Origin: Thalia democratica
Lineage: Eukaryota
DNA length: 64,000 nt
NCBI GenBank assembly: GCA_965202585.1
Contig: OZ241827.1
Location: 11,098,001-11,162,000 of the forward strand
Reading direction: 5' to 3'
The notes below the pieces were generated by a model, which saw nothing but the letters and a program-made list of their open reading frames with translations, did not search any database and had not been told where the DNA came from. The position numbers and the translations under genes were made by a program. Below are positions 1-12,300 of this stretch, piece by piece (the stretch's first letter is position 1; each line of letters starts with the position of its first letter).

Positions 1-222
1 ACTTATTAGACAAATAAAAAATTAACAGACAAAGTTATTTATTTAATGAAATAAAATTTTAAAGTTAAGATTGTATATAAAATGTGAAGGTAAAGTTAAT
101 AAGCTAATCAAATAAAAATAGAACAATTAAAAACTCAAACCGTTAAGTTAAGTGTTATATTTGTTTGAGGTTAAAAAAGACTATACTAACAGGAATTTAA
201 TAAAATAAAAACAAATTCAAAC

Positions 223-396
223 CGTTGGTCTTGAACATTTCGTTTCTACTGTCGTCACCTTCGTACTGCAACAAAACTTCGTAGTGTGTGACGTCATAGT
301 AGTCGTCGCTGACGTCATTCATCTGCCACTCGATCACCGCCGACGTCAGGTTTGATGACGTCACTTTCAAGTTAGTAGCTCGCGGTTGCAGCTTGT
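223..396 (-). CDS. Exon 69, FN3-32 first half (A); the gene continues left of the window
   Basis: KLQPRATNLKVTSSNLTSAVIEWQM...YYDVTHYEVLL...FKTN; phase 1-1; donor GTTTGA. Confidence 0.9.
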
Positions 397-3300
397 CTAA
401 AAGTTTTTTATGTAAAAAGCATATTATTATTTTTTACTTAAGTTATTAAAAACTTTCTGAAATTGTAATGAAATGAAAAAAAAAGGGATAATTTTTGAGA
501 AAAACTTGAAAAATTTTCAAATAAATCTGAATATTATTATTTTTTTCTTAAGTTACCAAACTTAGCAAAAAAGTACCGTTCAAATAACAACAGTAAAAAC
601 TATGAGAACTAACGTAAAATTTTTACAATATCGTAACTATATATTATTCGAAACAAACTTGTAGTGACTAAAATTTTTCCCGCCTTTCCGTTTGAATAAT
701 CAGGGAAGTAAGGAGTGACCTCTATCACGTGGTCAGTGGCGGGTTTCAGGTTTTCTAAAGTGTATGACGTAATTTCAGGTGCCAAGTAGATGTTCTGGAA
801 CTGTTTCGAGGAAATTAAAGCTATAAGAACAATAAACTAGTATTAAATGTCATCATCAAAATTAAAGCTCAAAAGTTGTCTTTTATGACAAGACAGTATA
901 AAATAACTAATTTTTAATTTATTAAAAGTAGAACGTAAGTATAGCTGTAAAAACTTAAATCATTGACAATGTTTTTTTTAAATATCGGCTAAAATAAAAA
1001 GATTATTATCAGTCCTTAGATAATATTAAGTTTATATTTCGTTTTTCATTTTGTTTAATTTTTATTATAACTTTAACTACAGCAGTACTTTTATCTGAAA
1101 CCAACTTGACGCTGAGTCTTGTTGTTTTGTTTCTCCTTCCTAAAAGCCTGCAGCCTGTAACCCGCCAACTCTTCGGCCCCATCTAGCGTCCATTTCGCCG
1201 ATATCGACGAGTTTGTCACGTGATCCACCTCCATGCTTATTTTTCCCATTTGTTCTTGAAAAAAATAGGTTGTTGTACTAAAAGAATACTGGGTAATGTT
1301 AAAGACTTCGTTAAGTTTCAAAAAAGATCTCTTAAAACGGTAGAATTAGTCTAAACTTAATCTAGCTAATTTTTAAAGTATTTTATAATTTTACATCATA
1401 GTTAAATATTAGTTTTTCTTAGCTATTTAGCACTTATAAAAAAAGCTATCAAAGTGAAAATTAGCAACAAATTCAATATAAATATTTTTTTTGAATGTTA
1501 AAATATGTAAAATATGAAATGAGTTAAGAAGAGAATTATTTTGTAAAAAAACTAAAACTAACTAAATCAAATTTTAAAACAAACAAACTTGTTATGAATT
1601 TGTAAGTGTATGGGGCAACATTGAAGAAGTCTTGGTCCTCAGTTCTTCCAATCAGTCTAGCCGAATATTTAGTACCCGGTTTTAGTTCAACCAACGGGAA
1701 AGTATTTTCAGCTCCGTCTATAATTACAATCAGTTTATTAGTTTAGTTGTAGCTTAGATTGTAGCTTTGATGTACAAAAATTAAGCGACAAAAACAAAAC
1801 GATACAGCAAGTCTAGAAACTTTTTTTTAGATGACTAGAAACAAAAACGTTTTATAAAGATAATTTTGAAAGCTAATAAATAGTTGAATAAAAAATAACT
1901 GCAAAAAATCTTTAAAAAATTAATAAAGTATTGTTATTCTATAAAATAGTTTTTACATGTGATTTTGTAGCGCAAAGACTGCAATATTCATTTACTAACA
2001 ATTAATAAAAAAGCAATACAAAAACTTAATGTATTTTAAAAGTTTTCATACTTAAAATAATATAACATTAAAACTAGTTGATTTGCAAACCGAGGTATTT
2101 GACGTCACTGTTGTTCAGTTCTTCAATTTCGAGTTTGAATTCAACAATTTCGCTGAACTCCTCTCCCTCCCCTGCTACGTTCCACATCAAAAGCGCTGTG
2201 GTGTGGCCCGTCTTCACCGACCACAACTTCTCTATTACCGGTACTTTCTTCGCTGTAACAACATTTCAAGTTTACTAATTCATTTGTTTAACAGCTGTAT
2301 ATATATATATATATTTATTTATTTTAAGTTTTATCAAAAAAAACAAATAATAATTTAAAATGACAGTTTTTACTACCATTCAAATAAAAAAAGCTAAAAT
2401 AAAATTTTGATCTGAAAAAAGAAAAAATACAACTTGATTAAACAGAGGACATTTAATAATTGAACGAAAAACTTCTAAAATCACGTTTATATACTATATA
2501 TATAATCACGTATTTTCTATTGAAGTATTTATATTAAATAATCAAAGGTATATCTAGTAACTTCATAAAATAAATAAACATCTGACTAACATGTATCTAG
2601 TGTAAATATCAAACAAACTGACGTATGTCTATTGTTAATGTTGATTCTGGACCACGCATGCTTCCATGGACCGGTCTCACCTCAAAAGTGTACTCAAGAC
2701 CAGGAATGACTTCATTGACAAACTCAAAATATTCCGAAATGGCCGGCATATTTCTCCATTTAGTTTCCTTAAAAATAAATAAATTTGTTTTTGAATAGAT
2801 TGTAAATGTTCTATGGAAAATGATAATTTTAAATGTCATCTAGTAAAATTATTTTACAAGTTTTTCCATTGAGTTTCCAAACTTTGTTCAATGATAGATT
2901 TAAAGTATCTTTAGGTTGATAGATTTTATTTTATACTTAACATCAAAATTGTAAGGATTGTAAAAAGTGAGTTGTAGAACTTTGTGAAAATTGTATACAA
3001 AAGAGTATTTAAAAATAAATTTATCAAACTTTTAGAGAGCTGCGTTAATACTTTGTTTAACCTTAAAAAGTACAAATTTGTTTTGTTAGCCTATCAATAT
3101 TATGAAGTACTTGAATTGAAATAACTTGATCTTACTTTATTCTGTCCTAAAAATTTTACAGCTTAAAATTAATACTTATGTTATTTTTATTAAAGTATAA
3201 ATAGTCTTTAAAGTTTTAGTACTATTTGCAGCACACAACTCTAGATTTTTACTTTAACATAAAAAACATAACTAGCTTCAAAAAAACGTTTATAGTAAAA

Positions 3301-6300
3301 ACCTTGCAAACTTTACTACGTTGGTTGTTCGCCCACTTGGTTGGGTAATATTTAAAAACATATGACGTCATAATAATATAAATTACAACCTTGCAAATTT
3401 CACTGCGTTGGTTGTTCGCACACTTGGTTGGGTAATATTTAAACACATATGACGTCATAATAAAATAAAGACTAACCTTGCAAATTTCACTAAGTTGGTT
3501 GTTCGCACACTGGGTGGGGTAATATTTGAACATGTATGACGTCAGTCCGTCCCCTCCCACCGGTTGCCACGTCAATATGACGCTGTTGGGGAGAAGTTCA
3601 ACAACTTTGAACTTTATTTCAGCGTACGATTCTGTTTTTATTTTATTCATTTACACTGATGGTACATTGTGAACACCAAAAGTTAAAAGTCATTTTAATT
3701 CAAGCTAAATTGCTTTTAACTTATGTTGAAAATATCAAGCTTGCTAAAAGTAAAATATATTTATAATTTTTTTTCTTAGGTATAACTTAGTATGCTGTAA
3801 ATAAGTTTTCATAATAAATTTTATTCTATTGTTAACTGTTATCAAATAAATGCTGATTAAAAACAGTACGTAATGAAATTTAATTTTACTTAAAAATGTT
3901 AAAACATGAAAAAAAACTAGCTTATAAAGACATCGGCAGATAGTTGATTTGAATATCCGCCGTCGGTGATTGCTAATACTTTCACTGAATAGTTTCTAGA
4001 AGAGTTAAGATCCTCAACCAACTTCCACTTGCCTGTTAAAGTTTTGAAATGGTATTTATGTAGATTCATTTTCCAATATTTATTGCTACTATTCTGAATA
4101 CATTAAATCAGGTTTTACATAAAAAAAATACCGTAGAATCTATTAGTGTACTTGAAGAAATTTTTTATTTAAGATTTGTTTAGTATTTAATTAAACAACA
4201 ATAGGTAATAAAATTTACTATGACTATTTATTGATAAAATTAAAAAATAGCGAAAGACTCAGAGATCCAGTTGAATTTTAATTTTTAGACACATATTTTC
4301 TTTTTAAGAAAATATTTACTTGTACGTATATTCTAATAAAAAAATAGCCAAAACAAAAAGTACTAAAAACTATTCACAAACAAATCATACTTTCGAAATC
4401 GGGTTGTCCCTTGTAAATGTAAAAGGTCTCGGGTCGGTAGTTGGCATCCTCCTGGTCGCTGGTAACCCTGACAACATACCCTGTGACGTCATAGTAATCT
4501 TCACCGTCGTCAACAGACCACGTGACGTTGAACGAGTCGAAAGTGACGTTATTGAAATTCATCGAGGTGATCTTCGGAAGTCTTTTACCTGAAGTGAGAT
4601 TTTTTTTCAGTGGAAGCGATATATAGAGCAATATTGGTGTTTATTTACAGAAGTAGTAACTATAAATTCTTTATAAACATAAAAAACTTAAATTTTAGTC
4701 AACTACTTGTTAGTAAAACACGATTTAATGAAAGCATACTTATAGCTTATAGTTAAATTTTTAAACTATGCAATTATTTACACTAATACTCGAATATTTG
4801 CTTTCTTTCTTACTTTTTTTATTGTAAACTTCAAACAAACTTGTCGTGATATGAACGTTCAAGGGTTTTCCCTTCAAATTTCCGTGGAACACCGGTGTTA
4901 TTGTGACGTCATAATCGGTGTTTGCGTCGAGACCCTTCAGATGCTTCGTATTAGATTTAACCGTGTGGTGCTTCGGCGTTTGCTGAAAGTTTAAAATAAA
5001 ACATTTAAAAGTTGTACTTTAGTTTCATTAAGTGAATATCAGGTTTTGCAATAATGTTTTCCACAGGTTTGAACAATTTTCAGACTAAAGATTAATACAG
5101 TTGTTACCTTTACAAAAAAGTAAATGAAACTGGTAATGTGTTTTGAATCAGTCTTGTTTTAAAAAGTAATTAAAATAAAGTGTTTGGTTTTATTAAACTT
5201 TTTTTCATACTTGTTCAACACTTTCATCGGTCATCGACTGCGCGCCAACCTTAGACACGGTGACGTCATAATACGAGAAGCCGTCTCCCCCCTCGTTTTG
5301 CATGTTGAGGGTGACCGAGCTGGAAGTGACGTTGAAGTAATCGGCAAAAGTATCACCGAAAGATGCTAAGATATAATTTATTTACTACTATTTGAAGGTT
5401 TTAATTGTTTATTAAAAGTACATAACCAACGAATTTTACTGAATATTGTTTAATATACAATTGATTATAAGAGAGAAATTTTACAAATGACAATACTTAT
5501 TTTTTACAGGTTGATCGTAAGAATTAAGCTTGTACAACTTATAATAACTCTTATATTTATAAATAAAAGAAAACTAGAGATTAATATGAGAACAGAACTT
5601 TTTAAAACACCACAAATTAACTTTTTGGTGTCGGCTGCAGATCTAACGTCGCTTCTGATTGGCTAATATTTTACTTATTTTTATTTCAAGTTTAAAGTAA
5701 TGAAATATTTTATTTTTATTTTTTATATATTTGGGTAAAGTGGTTAGGGTTGAGGGTAAAGATGAAAATTTTGGTAAGGTAGGTTGTTGATAAGAGTATA
5801 GATGTTTCAATATACTACTGTATTATCACTTGACCTCATTTGCATAATGATATGAATGAAAAAAATTCAAAAACGTTACAACTGCAGCCGACGAAACTTT
5901 TTGTACAAAAAGTGTCATGTAAAATCGAAATTTACTTTTAGAATCTGTTTAAAAATAATAAAGACTTATCAAAGTAGTGTATAGTTAAAGCAACAGATTT
6001 CTACTTACTAGTTTTAATGCGGATTTTCTTCAGTTTAGTTTCCCTCAAATCTTCAGTTACTCCTTTTATGGTTAGTATGTATTCCTGGTCCGTTTTTAAG
6101 TCGTTAGCGGTGAAACGATTATCTAAAAATTGATGTTACAGAGAAAAGTTAAAGTTTAATATTCATTTTACTCAAATTAAAGTTTTTTTCTTTGATCAAT
6201 AAGAATAAAAAGTTTTAATTTGTTAGTTGTAAAGTTTTACTTTTAAACAGTTTATATTGAATTTCTAGCAAACCTACTCAGACATATTAAAAAAACATAT

Positions 6301-9300
6301 TAAAAAAAGCTTTAACATTAGTTTATACAAATTTTCAACATTGTACCTGTCAACTCATATGTTTTCATCTTTGGTTTGTTTTTTCTTTTTGTTGCCTGTC
6401 CCAACGCCACTTGGTATTTTTCAATCTTTTCTACTTTCTCACTGTCAGGAGTGACCAGCCACGAGATTTCAAAATAGTTCTGAGTCAGTTCCTCAACTTT
6501 GTAACTTTCTATATCAGGCACCGATTTATCTGTTCAGTGTGATGTACTTATAGAGTTTTTTTTTTGTTTTAGCTTTTTTAATTTTATCTAGTACTTACAT
6601 TAATAATTATTTTTTAATAAGTTATGCTTGTTTTAAGAAAAAAATCATACGAAAAATAAAGTAAATTTTTAAGAATTGAAAACAGCCGTCATATTTTTGA
6701 TGTTTATATTCTACCTAAATTATAAATACACCTTTAAATTTTAAAACAACATATTTAATTAATTAAAATCTACCAACTATAGCCATTTATATGTGTTTTT
6801 GACAACTGAAAAAAAAAAAAAATTAATGTAAAATATGTATTTTAAACACAGGGTTTTTCGGCTAATAAGCTCGCGCACAACTGGCAGTGCGTACCGAATA
6901 AATGTGAGCTTAAGAGACAAGTTATCGCATGTGCAAAACTAAATAGTTTTCCAACAACTAATTTTAAGAAATATAACTAACATCAACTTATAATGCTTTC
7001 TTTTTAATTTCGAACATAACTAACTAAATTCATTATGTTTTAAGTTAATTTTATTTAAGTAGTGATAGTTTCAAACATAAAATCTTCACTTTTACGTAGT
7101 TATCTTTTGGAACTAAAACAGTTTTACTTATAAATAGCCAAAAGTTTTAACTCAATTCAAAATTTTAAATACTATTAACTAAACAATGTTTTACTGTTGA
7201 TCATCAGTTGAATAAAATCTGTAAAAAAGATTTATTTGAAAAAGTTTTGTTATTGATATTCGATCATTCTCCTTATCATTAAGTAGATAACTTTTATTGC
7301 GATCTATGAAGAAAAAAGTAAACATAGAATCCCAACTTGACAAGCAAAGCGTATTAAAAACAAACCAGTAGTCGCTTCGACGGCACCAGAACCTCCAACT
7401 AATGAAAGGCGGCCCCAAAGTCCTTTCGATTCAAATGCGTACATCGGGGAGACTGTAACGCTGTAATCGGTGCCCGGCTCCAAGTTTTCCAACGTCACCA
7501 CTTCGACCGTCGGCGCTTGCTCAACAACTCTCTTGGTTTCGCCTAGCTGTGAAAAGATCATGATCATGAGACTTCTGATGTTGTTAAACAAATTTTAAAG
7601 GCTTAGAATTTAAAGTTGTTTAAATCATCAATCAGTTACTATTTTTGCTATAGTTTAAAAGTCAAACTAAATCTTTCATTTTATATTTTTTTTAATGTTA
7701 GTATTAATTAACTAAATAATAATACAACCACAATTAAATATATTCTGATGAAACCTCTAACTGTTTACTTGCTCTTAGTGTGCAAAACTAGTTGCTAACA
7801 AATGTAACTGATAAGTGTTAGATGAAATCGATTTTATTTGTTTGTTTAATAAAATTGTTTTTAAATGATTCCTGTTTATTTATGTAACAGTCAATTTAGA
7901 AATGTCAGTACTTCATCCGTCGTTTTTTGGTATTCTATCTGATACCCAGTAAGGTCTTCCGGATAGTCCGCATCCAAACTCAATGTTATCGAGTTCTCGG
8001 TCGTTTTAACCAGGTTCACTCGAACTGAGCGTATTTTTCCTGTAGAATTTAAAATTTTCTAAAATAGTTTTTAGTGTTAATAGTCAGTCTTATTACTGTT
8101 TTTCCTGTAAAACTAAATACAAAAATTTATACTAAGATTTTATAACGTTTATAGTCTTTTTTATATAATAAACCGTAAAATACCTGTGCGAAACTCAGTA
8201 TAGGTGCTGTTAGGTTCGAAACCCGTTGAATTTCTTACTACTTTTATTTCTACTTTATGATTACTGTCGGGGTTTATGTTCTCCATTGGGAAACTTCTTT
8301 TTTCATCTATTAATTTATTATTTTAAAAACGTCCAAATTGTGAAATTTAAAATGTTTTAATATTTTAGCTAAAAAACGTGTTTTTAATATAGTCAATGGT
8401 GATAAATGTTAATAGTTTGTAAAAATTTCAACAATGTAGTTGACTAACTTATAAATGATTGCACTTTACTGAATTTAGAAAAATTTCAATACTTAAGTGG
8501 CTAAAACTTGAATAAAAAATATGATTTGATCTACGTCTAATTTTAAGCTGTACTCTTAAACATACTTAAAAGTAACAAAAATCAATGTTTGAAACTCACT
8601 GTCCAAGTTATAATACTCTACTGTGTCGTCATAATTTGCAGCGTCCCAAAAATAAAGTTTAAAGTAAACATCATCTTCGTAATCCGTGTCATTTTTCCCG
8701 TCCGAATCTAGCTTCCACGTCAACTTGGCCACGATGTCTCTGATATCAGACACTTCCAATCTTTCAACTGATGGTAACATTTTCTCTGAAATAAATTCGT
8801 GTTACAGAATTTTGTTCATACTTTTGATAAAACGTTATGATCAATGAATAATATTCTATGAATACGACTTGTTTACAATTTTATGTTGTATAGATTTTTT
8901 TTCATACCCTTATTTTAGATAAAGTACCTGAAACTTGTACTTTACAAGTTACACCGTTAAAAAAGCATACATAACTAATTTAGAAAACTCTAAAGTGAAC
9001 AATAAAAATCTAAAATAATAAGAAAAATATAAACAATAGAAGCTTCTTTTGTAAAAAAATCCAAGTAAAATGTTTGATACAAAAGGCAAACGTTAAAAAC
9101 ATAGTCATAAATAAAACTAAGACGTCTAAAACTTTACGATATTCAAACTACATAAAACTAATATGTTCTAAGCATAAACATAAATTGATTGACATAGTTA
9201 TTTACATAAAAAAAGAAGAATAAACATAATAAGATAAAAAATGTACTATGTTAAACAAATGAAATTTACCAATTTGAAGTGAATGTTTAACATTTGAAGT

Positions 9301-12300
9301 GCAAAGTTTATATTTAATTTACAAATGCTAAATTTAATATTTTTGACTAAAACTGTATGTACAACGAAACCAAGTTAGTAAAAACTACAGTAACTCACCC
9401 GTTTTGAAAGTTGTAGTTGCGCTTTCACCTTTTTTGTTGCCGTACAAAGTTGTCAAAGTGGCCGTGTAAAAAGTGTTTGGACTCAGTTTGTCAAAGTAGA
9501 AGTAGTTTTGAGATGTTTTTTCACGGACCTCCATGCTCTGTAACATATATTTTGTATAAACATTCGGTCTAAAAAATATTTTAAGTCAGTCAGTGTTTAA
9601 TAAAGTTATATAAAACAAAATAATAAATTAAATTTTAAATTTAAAGCAATCCGATTAAAAGGACTTTTAAATAAGCTGATTCGAACTTTTTAACTCAAGT
9701 TAACTAAACTTTTAGTTTTGCAAATAACTTAAAATATTATATGTTTTGGTTTTAAGAAAATTTATTTTAATTGTTTAAATGCTATTTGCCATGACTGTCA
9801 CATATCTTTTTTTTAGATTTATTTAAGCACTGACGTGGTCTTTGATCGAAACTTAGTTTGCAAAATAAATTTTTGAAAGAATAAATGTACAACTTAAAAT
9901 ATGGTAAAAAAAAAACAAAACAGTTTTGAAAAAGTTGTTACTCGGTTGTGTTCATCGTTCCAAGTGATCAAGAGTTCGTAATTGTACTGATCAGTCGTGT
10001 CCTCACCAGACTCAGCATCCGACCGCTCCCACCCGAAAACTATTCCCTCTTCAGTTGTTTCTAAACTCCCTTCAAAGTCAAATGACAACTCACCAAGACG
10101 ACCTGTGTTGTTTTAATAAATATTTTAATAACTTTTGTTTATGTTTTTTAAACACAAGTTATTGCTTTTTTTAAAATATTCAAATGTTTTTTATTTTTAA
10201 ACTGTGCAGTTAAACCGTTTTCTTCTTTTAATAATTTAATTATGAACAAGACATAGTTGTTTTCAAAAAGCTTTAGACTTTAAATATACTAAAACTAAAT
10301 ATCGTCCACGTTTATAAAGTATTTATAAGTGTAATATCATTACTAAAACCAAAAGACAGTTCAAACTTGTTGTGAATTCAACTGTTGTGTACTTATGGAC
10401 TTCACCATCTTCAAACACTAAGTTCGCGTCATAATCATAAGTTGTGTCCGGTTCTAAACCTTCGATGACTAGCTCACCAGGTGCGCCTGTAAAATTAGCC
10501 ACAGTTTTTGTTTTCTAGTTTGGTGTAAAGTTAGCCAATTATTAGTTATTTCCTCCTAACAGTCTAAAACGCCATTTTTTGAAAAACCTGGTATGCACTC
10601 ACTTAAAATTTTTTTTTTGAAATCAACTGACCCGGTTCGAAAGTTCCCTCGTAACTTTTACTTGGGTCGTAGGGGTTAACGATGCGGAACCCGGTCGGTT
10701 GGTTGTACATCTCCACCAAGTGGTTGCTGCTTATCGGGTCGAGATGGACGAAAACTTTCACTGTGAACGGGTCGATGTTGACTACGTTGATCTCGCCAAT
10801 GCTTCTGTTGATCTTTTCTGTTTAAAATAATAGTAAATTTTAGGTTGAATACATATCATTTGTACTTTTATTTGAAGTTAAAGTAAATGGAGAACTGAAA
10901 CTTTTAAAATTGCAAGACTTCAAAAAAGGTTGATGTTTTACCATACAATATTACAAAGATAATTTTTTTTGTACTTGCTTTTGTTAATACTGTAGTATTA
11001 GCTTATTATTAGACTTTTATATAATATGCTATCATTTGACTATAGTAAACCAACTGATACACGTTAATAAAAACATTTAACTTGAAACTTTTTGAGTTTG
11101 AATTTTAATTGTATATGAAAGTTATTGAAATTAGACCAAAAGTATAAATTGAAAACAAACTAAGGATGCTTAGTAGAAGAAATTAAAAGTCAAAAAATTA
11201 AATTAAATTGCAATTTTTCCAAGTAAAAAAGAATTCACTCGTTCTAGCACTTATTCTGACGGTTTCCCCCGTTCCGTCTTCCTCGCGGTAAATCGAAGTG
11301 ACATTTATGGCGTAATTCGTTCCTGGCGTCAGTTCCTCAAACTTCAAGTCGATAACGCCTCCCCAAAAATCTGGCCCTTGGTTTACTACTGTATCTTTCT
11401 GAAAAAGTATTATGAATGTTATTTTTGAAAAAAAATGTTTTAACTTTTTTATAAGAAAAATAGTTTTTTAGGTGATTGTATGATGACGTAAGTTTTTTCT
11501 TATGTTTGCTTTAATTATCTTGACAATATTTATCGTTTTTAAATTATTATTATTCGTATTTTTGCTTATAAAAAGTGCCCTTTTTATTTATTTTTTAATT
11601 TTTATTCAAAAAAAAACCTATTTTAACGGTATTATATTATTATTTGATCTCAATCTGTTAATTCTACTTAATATTACTTATGTTTGAAAAGTAAGTATTA
11701 TGTATTACAATTTCGTTAACTTATTTAATTATAAAACAGTAGAGCCTAAATTACTAAGCTTTTTTGATTTAGTAGGCTATGTAAAATAATAATAAATACA
11801 AATGTATAATTCAGTTTTAACAAATAGTAGTTTTCAAATTAATTTAAAACTTGTCGGTATGTTAGTAGTGTAATAGAACAAAAACAAGTTTTTGCTAATA
11901 ACATAAAATATAAAGTATGATTAATCTTAGCTACGTTTTTGATTTGACAAACTGTTTTTACGTGAAAACAAAAGTATTTCGTATCTGCCAAAAATTAAAA
12001 GAATTAGCTGTAAAAAAATAAACTTTTAATATTAAGTATTAAAGTCTTATAATACACAGTATTATAAAAAAACATTTTAGACTAAGTTTACAAATATCAA
12101 AACCTTGATATATAGACTGCCGTTTGTTATATCTTTACGAACATAAATGTTAAAGACAAAAAGGCCTTTGCAAACACTTGTAAAATTGAACAGTAGAATT
12201 GTTAACTAGTTTAGCTGGATTGTCTCTTTTGGTCAAAAAATTAACAAATACTATTCACCTGAATTAAAAAAAAAAGTATGACTTTTAGCAACAAAATTAT

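Noticed and set aside
3303-3543. CRISPR-like reading of the regularly spaced repeats
   Set aside because: Eukaryotic exon-intron context. The units are whole tandem duplicates without unique spacers, and there are no cas genes.
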